Source: a virus (lineage: Duplodnaviria > Caudoviricetes). From it: a DNA stretch of 56,894 bases. This document shows positions 47,143-56,857 of this stretch, piece by piece. The notes below the pieces were generated by a model that was given only the letters and a program-made list of their open reading frames with translations, had not been told where the DNA came from and ran no database searches. Positions within the stretch are counted from its first letter, which is position 1. Every line of letters begins with the position of its first letter. The position numbers and the translations under genes are program-made. The stretch covers positions 1-56,894 of IMG/VR virus record IMGVR_UViG_3300033144_008156. One strand, given 5' to 3'.

Positions 47143-47751
47143 CTAACTCCAAGGATCGTCACTGCTGCTAGATACTGCTGCAGTAGCAGTACCATTACTT
47201 GAAGGGACCTCAGAGTCCGCAACAGGTAATTTCTTCATATCATACTTATTAGTAGGATCAAACTTCAATTTAGAAGGATTTGTATCTAAAGCTTCCACAA
47301 ATCCATATCCTGCAAGACCTGCTTTTGTCCAATTTGGCTTTTTATTTCCTTCATCATCATTTTTGCCCAGAATCTCTTCCCCTGCAAATTTCCATCTAGC
47401 TACTTTACCAGAAAATATAGGAGCTAATGTCTTAATATATTCTTCTGCATTTTTAGCAGTAATATTATCTAGACCATCTCTTACTCCTAATTTATCTGCC
47501 ATAATAACTAGCCTATCTTTAGTGAAAGTCCAAGCTTTATCGCTTAACCACCAAGTAGTTTCTGCAATTTGACCTACTCCTCCAAGATCCTCAGATGGGC
47601 GACCTTCATGGGTAATTTTCATTCCAGGAGTTCCTGAAGCTGCTTCAAAATACTCTATTTTCTGGATTTTTGCCTCATGAATGCCAGGAGACAGATAATT
47701 GGATACCATGCTTTTCTCTTCCACGGTATGCCCTGCTGTTGTAAAACTCAT
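47143..47751 (-). CDS. Single-stranded DNA-binding protein (OB-fold, DUF669-like)
   Basis: YLSPGIHEAKI..., flexible tail ending DDPWS; lies between the AAA ATPase and primase genes. Confidence 0.7.
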   Translation of the reverse strand: MSFTTAGHTVEEKSMVSNYLSPGIHEAKIQKIEYFEAASGTPGMKITHEGRPSEDLGGVGQIAETTWWLSDKAWTFTKDRLVIMADKLGVRDGLDNITAKNAEEYIKTLAPIFSGKVARWKFAGEEILGKNDDEGNKKPNWTKAGLAGYGFVEALDTNPSKLKFDPTNKYDMKKLPVADSEVPSSNGTATAAVSSSSDDPWS

Positions 47752-47783
47752 AATTATTTAGTTTTAAATTGATTATTAATTAA

Positions 47784-48464
47784 TTAGCTATAATATTTAT
47801 CCATTGTTTTGGATATAAATCCTAAATCATTAGGGATATATAAGTCCTTAAACATATCCATTGGGGATTTAGAAGGGTAATGCCCATTGTTATTAGTAAT
47901 AAGTCTATACTCCATAGTACCATTCTCTTTTTTATTTACATCTGTATATAACAGAATAGAGAATAAGCCCGCAGGATTAATCTTATCATCTAACAATTTT
48001 CCTATCGTCTTTATCTTGATGACAGGAGCTGCCCCAAACTCTCCAGGTTGGGTATCACTATGAGTAAGTATAAATACTTTAATATCCTCTCTCAGGGATT
48101 TACTCTTATTTAAAATAGACCAAGCATTCTTACCTATTTCCGTGAATTTTTCAAAGCCCTTTTCTGATGACCTTCTCATGAACTCATTACTCATGGTATA
48201 TTGCCAATCATCTAAGACTATATTTTTAAGATCAGGCCTGTTATCTGACACATGCATCATACATTTTATGATTTCATTAGCTATATCTGATACAAAGAAA
48301 TTACCCTTATCTCCTTTAAATGGGGTATAATTCTTTTTCCAGCCTTTAATAGGCAATGGTTTACCTATGCAACTTACGATAAGAGTTTCTTTAGGATCTA
48401 ATGTCCTAATAGATGTGGACTTACCTGTTCCACTTTCTCCTACAATTCCTATTAATTCACTCAT
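47784..48464 (-). CDS. AAA-family P-loop ATPase (AAA_24/Sak4-like)
   Basis: GESGTGKSTS, IVLDDWQY, ILTH, KTIGKLLD and KSPMDMF. Confidence 0.88.
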   Translation of the reverse strand: MSELIGIVGESGTGKSTSIRTLDPKETLIVSCIGKPLPIKGWKKNYTPFKGDKGNFFVSDIANEIIKCMMHVSDNRPDLKNIVLDDWQYTMSNEFMRRSSEKGFEKFTEIGKNAWSILNKSKSLREDIKVFILTHSDTQPGEFGAAPVIKIKTIGKLLDDKINPAGLFSILLYTDVNKKENGTMEYRLITNNNGHYPSKSPMDMFKDLYIPNDLGFISKTMDKYYS

Positions 48465-48467
48465 TTT

Positions 48468-49547
48468 TTATGATTTTTTATTATTAACTTCAATTACTTT
48501 ATTATACAAAGAAGGATCTTCTTTGAATTGTTTTGCAAGAGGAATTTCTTGAAAATGTCCTACTTCTCCTATAAACTGTAGTCCTATTCTCATATCAGCA
48601 GCTCCATCTCTATTCTTTAATATGGACAAACTCCTGAATCTATCTTTTAATTTAATAATGTCATATCCTCTAAAATTCTCTATCTCATACTTTCGTGGAG
48701 AGAATAGAGATATGACTACATTAGCATCTTGCTGGGTATTACCGCTATCTTTAAAATCTGATAATTGAGGTTCTACCCTGTCAAGTTTAAATCTATCAGT
48801 TTGGCTCAATCCTCTTCCTAATTGTTGAACCACTACTGGGATAAAATTGAAGTTATTTCTCATAGGAATAAGATACTCACTCATTTTATCTATATTGTCT
48901 TTTTGATGAAATCCTCTTTCTCTTTTCATCAATGCAATATGATCTATAATTACTATTACATATTCATCGGGGTTATAAGGAATATATTTATCAAATACTC
49001 TGATCATCTTCCCTCCCCCGGAGTCTACTGAACCATAAATAACATCACCATTTTCTCTAGCATAATTATTCATGAATTTATGTACACCTGTTGGATTTTC
49101 TGCAGCATCTATTATAGTAAGACAATCTTCTAATCCACAAAAATAATCCCTTGTAGAAGTAACTGCCTTATAGACTTCATCACTAATTCTATTTTTACCT
49201 CTAGACAAAACAAAATTAATATCTGTTAATATATTATAATCCAAATATAATTTTCTACAAATAGCTTTTGTAATCTTGATAGTCTTATCAATCTCTAAAG
49301 ACCAATAGAATACTTTAAGCTTTAACCCACAATCTGGATGCCCTTTTACCCAATCATAAGGATTGTATAAAAAACACGAATCTGTAAAAGCTGTCTTACC
49401 ACTTCCAGTCTCTCCCCCTATCAAATAGTAAGTTCCCTGTTGAATTCCGGGAATATATTCCACAAGCCTCTCAAAGCCCATGGGTAATCCTTTATTGAGG
49501 CCTTTTTGACCTCTTTCTATTTTCTCTATTACATCACTAAATATCAT
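48468..49547 (-). CDS. dnaB: Replicative DnaB-family helicase
   Basis: GGETGSGKT, SLEI, IIDHIAL, VVQQLGR, DFKDSG..QQDA and ILKNRDG. Confidence 0.9.
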   Translation of the reverse strand: MIFSDVIEKIERGQKGLNKGLPMGFERLVEYIPGIQQGTYYLIGGETGSGKTAFTDSCFLYNPYDWVKGHPDCGLKLKVFYWSLEIDKTIKITKAICRKLYLDYNILTDINFVLSRGKNRISDEVYKAVTSTRDYFCGLEDCLTIIDAAENPTGVHKFMNNYARENGDVIYGSVDSGGGKMIRVFDKYIPYNPDEYVIVIIDHIALMKRERGFHQKDNIDKMSEYLIPMRNNFNFIPVVVQQLGRGLSQTDRFKLDRVEPQLSDFKDSGNTQQDANVVISLFSPRKYEIENFRGYDIIKLKDRFRSLSILKNRDGAADMRIGLQFIGEVGHFQEIPLAKQFKEDPSLYNKVIEVNNKKS

Positions 49548-50097
49548 CTGTCAAAGTATTTACTCTTTGATCAGACACTGTCTCAGTACTATCTAACTGT
49601 TCAATGTAATTTTCTAATAAAGATCCTCCATCTTTCTCAATAAAATAATCTGCAATTCTCATATACGCATACCTAACTCTCTTTTTTTCCTCTATATAGA
49701 GTTCTGTAGCTTTAAATATTTGATCTTTAGTTACTTTCTTGTTATTCTTAATGAATTTCTTCATCTTCTTTATACATCCTCCTCTTGTACCCCGGACAGA
49801 ATATCCTGCAGTCTTTACACCTTTAGGGAATAAGTTTCTCCAGTCATCTACCCAATCAAGTATTATATCAGTAGTAGGGGGTTTAATGGTAACAGATCTT
49901 TTGTTATTAACAATATCTGAACCTTTTTTTCTTATATAGATTTTCTCTCCAATCTTTATAAACCCCGCTTTTTCCATTTTCTTGTAATCTGTTACTAGAT
50001 CCACACTATAAATTTGGCCTTTATCCAAATAATAGAGGAATACATACTCGTCTGGCGTGAGATTATTATCCACCAGCAGATTAATATCTACTTCCAT
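49537..50097 (-). CDS. Putative replication initiator / helicase loader
   Basis: 186 aa with a wHTH-like N-terminus (LTPDEYVFLY) and a WRNLFP...KKMKKF...ATELYI domain; overlaps the dnaB start. Confidence 0.55.
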   Translation of the reverse strand: MEVDINLLVDNNLTPDEYVFLYYLDKGQIYSVDLVTDYKKMEKAGFIKIGEKIYIRKKGSDIVNNKRSVTIKPPTTDIILDWVDDWRNLFPKGVKTAGYSVRGTRGGCIKKMKKFIKNNKKVTKDQIFKATELYIEEKKRVRYAYMRIADYFIEKDGGSLLENYIEQLDSTETVSDQRVNTLTDDI

Positions 50098-50182
50098 TTG
50101 TCATGATTTTTATGATTACTAACTAAATTTGCCTCGGGAACAAGACTACTAAATTACAAAAATTATTTCCTAATTCATAGTA

Positions 50183-50347
50183 TTATTCCCATGTATCTCT
50201 CCCATACATTTGTTGGAGTAAATAAATTTCATCATTTCCTTTCTTCAATTCATCATATTCCTTTATCATTCTTTCAATAATAATGTCGTTTCTGCCTTTT
50301 ATGGTTATTTTAATCTGGGCTTTCTGTATATTTTTTTTCTTCCCCAT
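50183..50347 (-). CDS. Small hypothetical protein (54 aa), not in the ORF track
   Basis: MGKKKNIQKAQIKITIKGRNDIIIERMIKEYDELKKGNDEIYLLQQMYGRDTWE; fills the apparent gap and overlaps the upstream stop. Confidence 0.55.
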   Translation of the reverse strand: MGKKKNIQKAQIKITIKGRNDIIIERMIKEYDELKKGNDEIYLLQQMYGRDTWE

Positions 50348-50816
50348 TAGAATGTATTCTTAAATATCTGTTAATAATTGCTATTTCTTGCTCTAATTCC
50401 CCCCTTTTATCTTCTAAAAATTTTCTAAAAGGGAGTTCCTCATTAATACTTATTTCTACCTTTAATTTTGAATAACATTTTCGCAATTTTTTATCCCGAT
50501 TTATGTATTCATTTAAACTTATATTACCTTTATTGGAGTCTACTAAATGCAGACTAACAGAAGAATGGCTACTATAGTTTAAATACCTTGCAAGATTAAC
50601 CAAAGTTACCTTATTAGGTGATCTTAATTTTCTCTGCAGGGTATTATAAACATAGAGAACGAGAGCTATAAATACCTTTCTGGTATCTACATACTCTCGT
50701 AATCTACTTTTACTTATTACAGGGAGTCCTAATTCCCTTTCCACTTTTCTTCTGATAACTGTCAAATCTCTCCTTATTGGAGCTGATATTTTAACTCCTT
50801 TACTGTGGAATTTCAT
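50310..50816 (-). CDS. DnaA domain IV-like helix-turn-helix protein
   Basis: SKSRLREYVDTRKVFI...TLVNLARYLNYSSHSSV resembles the DnaA C-terminal S..R.R.....R...SL..IG.....DHSTV pattern. Confidence 0.6.
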   Translation of the reverse strand: MKFHSKGVKISAPIRRDLTVIRRKVERELGLPVISKSRLREYVDTRKVFIALVLYVYNTLQRKLRSPNKVTLVNLARYLNYSSHSSVSLHLVDSNKGNISLNEYINRDKKLRKCYSKLKVEISINEELPFRKFLEDKRGELEQEIAIINRYLRIHSNGEEKKYTESPD

Positions 50817-50817
50817 A

Positions 50818-51996
50818 TTACATAATTTTAGTCAAACAATCCTTTACATCTTTACATCTAATAATATTAAGACTATCCTCATTAAGAGTTTCAGTCATTC
50901 TTTTATACCAAACCTCTTCTTGAGTACTGGCAGTGACTAAAATAAATATTCTTCCTATTTCCCCATTATTTCTTAATCTTCCGATTCTTTGAATTAAATC
51001 TTTTTCTTTAGAATAATAAGACATAATCACACAATTGTCTAAATCCTTCAAGTTAGCTCCTTGCTTTAATTTCTTAAACGCAGCTATGAGATCTAATTCA
51101 CCATTATCAAAGTCTTCTCTAATCTTTTTATTCTCTTTATCTGTATGATGAGAACTTATAACATTAGGAGTTACTTTTTCTAACGCCTCTAAAGAATTAC
51201 CAAATAATATAGTTCTTCCTGAAATACCATCAAGTAATTCTTTAATGGCATCTACTTTACTAGAAAGATTGTATAATAATTTAGCCCTAGCAGCAGAAGC
51301 TACATGTATCCTTCTCTCCCTGACATCTAATGGAGCATTTGTTGCTTTTCTAAACATCATATCTTTATAAGCATATGCTCCAAATTCAGTTTGATACCAC
51401 TTCTTTTTATCATTTCCTGCTACTACATTTTTAACATAGATATCTAATTCATGGTTAATTACATAGATATCTAAGGGCCTAGCAGTTCCATCTGCTTGCC
51501 CCTCATTAATATCATAAGTATAACATACAGGAGCAATTTTTTTTAATAATTCTCCTTTAGTTACCTTGATATCGTTTACTTCTTCAACTATAGCTCTCTC
51601 ATCTATAGTTGCGGATAATCCCATAATACTATCGTACTTATTATTACGATAAAATCTAGAATATACTGGAGTTAAAGAATCATGAATTTCATCAGCTATT
51701 ACCAGGTCCCATTTGGTCCCTTTCCATTTATAAGCCGATTGATAACAAGAAAATGTTATCTCCCATTCTTCTACTCCCCATTTTTCCTGTTCTCTCTCTA
51801 ATTCTAATTCTCTGTCTTTAACCTCTGCTAAAAACAGAATCTTAGAGTCTTTAGGTAATAATTTAATAGCTGCCATAGCTATTTTGGTCTTACCTAAACC
51901 TGTAATTACTTCAATAGTACCTTTTTGACCAGACTTGATCCAGGCATTTAAAGCGGTTGACTGTATTCTGCCCCTAGCAGTTGTTAAAGTTTCCAT
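50818..51996 (-). CDS. Superfamily 2 (DExH) helicase
   Basis: TGLGKT, ADEIH, GLSAT, LKQGANL and IQRIGR. Confidence 0.92.
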   Translation of the reverse strand: METLTTARGRIQSTALNAWIKSGQKGTIEVITGLGKTKIAMAAIKLLPKDSKILFLAEVKDRELELEREQEKWGVEEWEITFSCYQSAYKWKGTKWDLVIADEIHDSLTPVYSRFYRNNKYDSIMGLSATIDERAIVEEVNDIKVTKGELLKKIAPVCYTYDINEGQADGTARPLDIYVINHELDIYVKNVVAGNDKKKWYQTEFGAYAYKDMMFRKATNAPLDVRERRIHVASAARAKLLYNLSSKVDAIKELLDGISGRTILFGNSLEALEKVTPNVISSHHTDKENKKIREDFDNGELDLIAAFKKLKQGANLKDLDNCVIMSYYSKEKDLIQRIGRLRNNGEIGRIFILVTASTQEEVWYKRMTETLNEDSLNIIRCKDVKDCLTKIM

Positions 51997-52017
51997 AATT
52001 ATATTTTAAATAATTAA

Positions 52018-52314
52018 TTATCCCTCACAGAAAGGAATCTTTTTGACCCTTCCGCTAATCTTTTGATAAACTAATTGAGTTTTAGCAGCATCTATAGCTT
52101 GCTTGTAACCTGCTAACGCAGCTGCAGCATGCCCAACATCTTCAGTTGCCTGATACTTACCAAATTGACTATCACCAATTTTAAGACAATTCTTTCTTAC
52201 ATCTCCTAAGGTTTTGCTATTACCCAAAGCCCTTGCGGATACAAGACTAGTTGCTTTTCTTCTAGCTACAGCTTTAATCGGTTTTTTTGCTGTACTCTTC
52301 TTTGCATTTGCCAT
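52018..52314 (-). CDS. Small basic protein
   Basis: 98 aa with a Lys/Ala-rich N-terminus and a helical AIDAAKTQLVY segment; follows the zinc-finger array. Confidence 0.8.
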   Translation of the reverse strand: MANAKKSTAKKPIKAVARRKATSLVSARALGNSKTLGDVRKNCLKIGDSQFGKYQATEDVGHAAAALAGYKQAIDAAKTQLVYQKISGRVKKIPFCEG

Positions 52315-52369
52315 TTTAATTTAATTTAGTTGTTAATGGTTAATTGTTAATTTAATTATTCTCTCGTTT

Positions 52370-52858
52370 TTAATTCTTATCACTTAAATACTGATACACA
52401 TTAATGTTATTTCTAGGATGATCAAAGACTCTTTTATCACTTCCTGTATGTAAAGACTGTTTAATTTTTAATTCTTTCCTCTTTATGTCTAACATTTCCT
52501 GAGTAACCTCTTTCCTTTTAATAATATCTGGCTTAGGTACTATTAAAGTTCTGATATAAGCGTCATTATCTATATTACACCACTTCTTCATATAGGCCTT
52601 ATTTTTCTTTTTAATTTCTGGCCTATTTCTATATTCTTTCTCATAGAGTAATACATGAGGATTCTTCTGTCTATTTATATTATAGCATTTTCTACATCTG
52701 GCATCATACCCATACTTGCCTATTATATGCTTAGGAAAATGCTTGAAATCTTTATTCTTTTTACAGTCTTTACATCTTTTTGATGTAACTCCTGGAGGAA
52801 CTAAAGATTTTTTTTTCCTTTCTCTATACTCTTTCTTATAGTCCCTATGTTTTTTCAT
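52370..52858 (-). CDS. Zinc-finger basic protein, paralog 4
   Basis: CKDC...RCRKC and C-terminal DAYIRTLI...VTQEMLDIKRKELKIK. Confidence 0.8.
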   Translation of the reverse strand: MKKHRDYKKEYRERKKKSLVPPGVTSKRCKDCKKNKDFKHFPKHIIGKYGYDARCRKCYNINRQKNPHVLLYEKEYRNRPEIKKKNKAYMKKWCNIDNDAYIRTLIVPKPDIIKRKEVTQEMLDIKRKELKIKQSLHTGSDKRVFDHPRNNINVYQYLSDKN

Positions 52859-52864
52859 AACTTT

Positions 52865-53236
52865 TTAGTTTTTAGCTCTTAATATTCTTTTTAAGAGAAC
52901 CACCTTGCGTTTCATTTCAATTAATTCAGGAGTTATCTGATCCTTCTCTAAAATAATTTCATTCCTTTTACTCCTTAATAATTTTAGAATATACTGATCT
53001 GCTAATTCCTTTGTCATTTTTACTCTAGATTTCTCTCTCAATTTTTTATATCTCTCTTTATTCCTCTGATAATAAGCTTTTTGATACTCATTATTCTTCT
53101 CTTTACACTTTTTTGAAGCCTTATAAGCTGCAAGTCTTGCCAATCTATCTTTAGATTGACAAGTCTCACATCTAACAGCGTTAGTATGCCTATTTGCTAT
53201 ACTAATATTACAATCCATACATTCTCTATTTTTCAT
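52865..53236 (-). CDS. Zinc-finger basic protein, paralog 3
   Basis: NRECMDC...RCETCQ and LADQYILKLL...ITPELIEMKRKVVLLKR. Confidence 0.82.
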   Translation of the reverse strand: MKNRECMDCNISIANRHTNAVRCETCQSKDRLARLAAYKASKKCKEKNNEYQKAYYQRNKERYKKLREKSRVKMTKELADQYILKLLRSKRNEIILEKDQITPELIEMKRKVVLLKRILRAKN

Positions 53237-53693
53237 GTTGTTTTGTTTTTAAAGGATACCCATAAAGCCCTATAGCTCTTTTTAGTATTACTTCTTTACG
53301 CTTTATTTTAATTAATTCAAGACTGATATCCGCAACTTTTAAAGGACATTTTGTTGTATGCCTATTACATACTAATAATCTTCTTATATAGTCATCTGTT
53401 AGATTTTCTCTCCCTTTCGTCTCCTGTACTAATATGGATTCTTTGTCCATGAGATACCGCTTTCTTCTATAACTAGAGGTATATGTTGCTCTTGCATATT
53501 CTCTCCTCTTGTCCTTATTTTTTCTACGATATTCTTTAGCTGCAGCCTTTATCTGTGCCCTTCTTGCTGGCTTTTTTCTAGCCTTCCTTTTTAATTTGTT
53601 AGCATTCTTTCTTTGACAATTTCTACATCTAAGAGTACTGTGATGTCTCTCTGTAATACTTACACTACAATCCATGCATTCTCTATTATTCAT
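53226..53693 (-). CDS. Zinc-finger basic protein, paralog 2
   Basis: NRECMDC...RCRNCQ and LTDDYIRRLL...ISLELIKIKRKEVILKR. Confidence 0.82.
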   Translation of the reverse strand: MNNRECMDCSVSITERHHSTLRCRNCQRKNANKLKRKARKKPARRAQIKAAAKEYRRKNKDKRREYARATYTSSYRRKRYLMDKESILVQETKGRENLTDDYIRRLLVCNRHTTKCPLKVADISLELIKIKRKEVILKRAIGLYGYPLKTKQHEK

Positions 53694-54565
53694 GATTTCT
53701 TGTTTTTAAGTGTTTTTAATGCTCTCTTTAATGTTATCTGTTTCCTTTTAATTTCAATCATTTCAGGTGTTATATCTGAAGCCTTTAAAGGAGAACCAAT
53801 AACAGAATTTTTATGTACATATACTCTATCATTAGTACATATAAGCTGCTTCAAATATTCATCGGATAATTCCTCTCTCTTTTTCTTCCACAATTTACTA
53901 TGTACTTCCTTATTTTTCTTCATATATGCATTATGAAATTCTTTTGAAGCAATCTCTTGGCATTTCTTACATCTAATACAAGTAGGATATCGCTTACCTA
54001 TGTGAATATCACAGTCAAGGCATCTTCTATTCTTATTTCTTTTTGCCTTCCTTTCAGTAGCAAGCTTCCTTGATTTTTTTAATACTTTATCCCTATGCTT
54101 ATGTTTGTTTTTATGATAGGAATCTCTACTAGTTTTCCTTTTCTTCTCTAGATTATTCTTTACATAGTTTTTCTGCATCTCTCTTATAGAAGCCTTTTGA
54201 CATTTCTCACACCTATATCTTGTACTAATTAATACTATACTGGTCCCACAATCCTTACAATTGCCTGTCCTATTTCCTTTCCTTTGTCTCTTATTATGTC
54301 TTATTCTTTGGCATTCTTTACATCTAAGAGCTGTCCCTCCACGATTACTAATATCAGTTTTACAATCTTTACATATTCCAGGAGTTTCATTCTTACGAAC
54401 ATAATTTTTTGCAAACCACTTCTTAAATCCCTTTTTACGAACCTTTTTCATAGCAGTTTCCTGACATTCTGTACATCTATAAGAAACACTACAAAGGTGA
54501 CTTATATTCACATTGCATTCTTTACAATTCCTATTTAGATCCCTATTTAGGTTGAATTTATTCAT
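53690..54565 (-). CDS. Zinc-finger basic protein with four C4 fingers, paralog 1
   Basis: Four CxxC...RCxxCQ units and LSDEYLKQLI...ITPEMIEIKRKQITLKR. Confidence 0.85.
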   Translation of the reverse strand: MNKFNLNRDLNRNCKECNVNISHLCSVSYRCTECQETAMKKVRKKGFKKWFAKNYVRKNETPGICKDCKTDISNRGGTALRCKECQRIRHNKRQRKGNRTGNCKDCGTSIVLISTRYRCEKCQKASIREMQKNYVKNNLEKKRKTSRDSYHKNKHKHRDKVLKKSRKLATERKAKRNKNRRCLDCDIHIGKRYPTCIRCKKCQEIASKEFHNAYMKKNKEVHSKLWKKKREELSDEYLKQLICTNDRVYVHKNSVIGSPLKASDITPEMIEIKRKQITLKRALKTLKNKKS

Positions 54566-54837
54566 AAATCTCCCAACTTTTCTCCTAGTGTGGGGAATCT
54601 TTCTAAAATCTCTTCTGTCTTTTTGTTCATAAATGCAGGAACTTCTTTCATTTCCATCTTAGTAAGATCCATGCCAATTAGCATGGAATCCCATATTGCT
54701 TTATGTAATTCAGATTTAGTAGTAGTTACTACTCCTTTTGTTTGACTTTCTAATTCTTCAATAGACATTCCTAATGCCTCTTCTAAGTCTCTATCTCTGT
54801 TAGCTAACTCAATAGCCAAATCTTTCATTTTACTCAT
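54562..54837 (-). CDS. Hypothetical protein
   Basis: 91 aa, operonic with its neighbours. Confidence 0.75.
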   Translation of the reverse strand: MSKMKDLAIELANRDRDLEEALGMSIEELESQTKGVVTTTKSELHKAIWDSMLIGMDLTKMEMKEVPAFMNKKTEEILERFPTLGEKLGDL

Positions 54838-54847
54838 AATTATTTAT

Positions 54848-56857
54848 TTAATGATTCCAAAATTCAGTTATACAAGGCTCTGCTTTAAGAGGAATAGTTG
54901 GACAGAAAGATTTTCCTGCCTTTTCCATACACTCCTTTAGCTTAGCTGCCATCTTCTCTGCAATATCCTTCTTACATTCCACGACTATTTCATCGTGAAT
55001 GATATTACATATTCTTACGGTTTTGAATAAGAGATTGTTCTTCTCCAAATAGTTAAAGAATAGAATTCCAGCAAATTTTGTTATTTCTGCTGAACTCCCT
55101 TGAACAGGATAATTAAGAGATTTCCTCTCAATCATCCCCTTTTTCTTAAAGTATTCTTTAATAGTTGGCTTATAATGCAATATAAATTGAGAAGTATTTC
55201 CTCTTTTATGCATTTTATATTCATCCCAAAACCCAGGAGCATCCATTTGCTCTTTCAATTTCACATACTCATCATAATACTCAATAAATGACTTTCTATG
55301 AGATATCGTATTTAAGAGAATATATCCCTTAGCAAGGGCATCTGCCTTACAAGTTACAAAGTAGCTCTTAACACCAGGAAAAGCCTTAAAATAGGCATCA
55401 TATATCTTATCACCTTCCTCTATAGGTAATCCCAGGTTATTTGCTATTGTAGCTCCTACACCACCATACTGAATTGCAAATCCAGCAGCTTTAGCATTCT
55501 GTCTTTCTCTTTTAAACTCCTTTTTAATTCTATCTAACTCCAATCCTTCTAACTCAGGATATATTTTAGAAGCTACAAATGAATGCATATCTCCTAATCC
55601 TTCCTGATAGAATTTAAGTATATCATTGTCCCTACACTTATTAGCAAATACAACAGACTCCTGGCCGGTATAATCTGCTACAATAAGAGTACATCCCTGC
55701 TCAGCTATAAAACATTCCCTATGCCTCGCATCTCTAGGTATTTGCTGAAGATTAACATACTCTGTAGGAGGTTTAGATTTAGTATTCTTACCACCACAAG
55801 ACATCCTTCCAGTATCTAGTATTTGTCTGTATGTGGTATGAATTCTTTGAGTGACAATATGGATTTGCTTTAACACACTCTCGCCAAAAGAAGATACTAA
55901 TTTGCTGGCCTTCTTATACTCAATGTATAATGGTACCATCTCATGCTTATCTACTTCTGTTTGCAATACTCTTGCATCCACGCTGTCCTTCATTTTTCCA
56001 GTGTCCCTATCTTTCGTCTTGGTATTAACACCAAGTTCCTTAAACAATGGAATAACTTGCTTTTCACTATTCCAATTTATATTACACTTTATCTTATCGC
56101 TAAATAAGCTTAATTGTGTATTTATATATTTGCTTTTGTTATTATCAAGCACCCAATTGTTTAACTTCTCTTCACATTTAAGGACAATTCCTTTATCTTC
56201 TATTAATTTATTTGTCCATTTCTCTCTGTCTAATTTAAATCCACAGTATTCTACATATGCCAGAATTCTTACAAACTTGTTGTCAAGAGCAAGGGCAGTC
56301 ATCAGGTTTAGTTTCTCCAGTTTAACTATCTGAAGCTCTTTAATTCTACCTAAATACTTGACATCCCCTGCAGCATATCTAATTACCTGCACACTTAAAC
56401 CTTCTTTATGAATAAGTCCTCTCACTTCCTTACTCATGGTTACTTTACAATACCTGTCTACCAGGATATCTAAAGATTTTCTTACTTGTTTCCTTCCCAT
56501 ATTTAAGACACTCTCTGCTAAGAATGTGTCATAAATACGGGTTGGAATTATTCTCTTATGATATAAGAATTTCAAATCAAACTTTGCATTTTGCATAAGT
56601 ATTAGCTTACTCTCAAGTAGCTCTTTGAACTCTCTTACATCTACACTTGCAGAATCAACTACAAATTGATTCTCTGCATCTCCAAACTGTGCAGATATTA
56701 ACTTACATACCCAAGGGTCAAATCCATTGGTTTCTGTATCAAATTCAACTTCATCTTTATTCTTGAAGTAATCTTTTAACTCCTGACAACTTGCAAATGA
56801 TATATCTGCCGTTATATGACTAAACAGATTCTTTTGATTTGTTACTAAGTATATCAT
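54848..56857 (-). CDS. polA: Family A DNA polymerase with a 3'-5' exonuclease domain
   Basis: Exonuclease motifs FDTET, NAKFDL and YAAGDV; polymerase motifs DTGRMS, NLQQIP, ADYTGQE, RQNAKAAGFAIQYGG, NYPVQG and IHDEI. Confidence 0.96.
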   Translation of the reverse strand: MIYLVTNQKNLFSHITADISFASCQELKDYFKNKDEVEFDTETNGFDPWVCKLISAQFGDAENQFVVDSASVDVREFKELLESKLILMQNAKFDLKFLYHKRIIPTRIYDTFLAESVLNMGRKQVRKSLDILVDRYCKVTMSKEVRGLIHKEGLSVQVIRYAAGDVKYLGRIKELQIVKLEKLNLMTALALDNKFVRILAYVEYCGFKLDREKWTNKLIEDKGIVLKCEEKLNNWVLDNNKSKYINTQLSLFSDKIKCNINWNSEKQVIPLFKELGVNTKTKDRDTGKMKDSVDARVLQTEVDKHEMVPLYIEYKKASKLVSSFGESVLKQIHIVTQRIHTTYRQILDTGRMSCGGKNTKSKPPTEYVNLQQIPRDARHRECFIAEQGCTLIVADYTGQESVVFANKCRDNDILKFYQEGLGDMHSFVASKIYPELEGLELDRIKKEFKRERQNAKAAGFAIQYGGVGATIANNLGLPIEEGDKIYDAYFKAFPGVKSYFVTCKADALAKGYILLNTISHRKSFIEYYDEYVKLKEQMDAPGFWDEYKMHKRGNTSQFILHYKPTIKEYFKKKGMIERKSLNYPVQGSSAEITKFAGILFFNYLEKNNLLFKTVRICNIIHDEIVVECKKDIAEKMAAKLKECMEKAGKSFCPTIPLKAEPCITEFWNH

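Noticed and set aside
50153-50163. ATTTTTGTAAT on the - strand, identical to 8438-8448, as a shared promoter motif
   Set aside because: An 11-nt AT-rich match is weak evidence in this genome, and this copy lacks the exact TAnnTTTG and the palindrome.
52332-52352. Three 7-bp repeats (GTTAATK) as origin iterons
   Set aside because: Too short and AT-rich; more simply part of the A-rich translation leader of the 98-aa gene.
52370-54565. HNH homing endonucleases
   Set aside because: The zinc-finger and basic-helix N-termini resemble them, but none of the four has an HNH or GIY-YIG catalytic motif.
37982-56333. Short + strand ORFs within the - strand module
   Set aside because: They are shadow ORFs of well-supported genes, with no motifs or plausible operon context.
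46075-56857. Inteins or introns in primase, DnaB, helicase or PolA
   Set aside because: Lengths are ordinary, motifs are contiguous, and no intein splice or LAGLIDADG motifs were seen.
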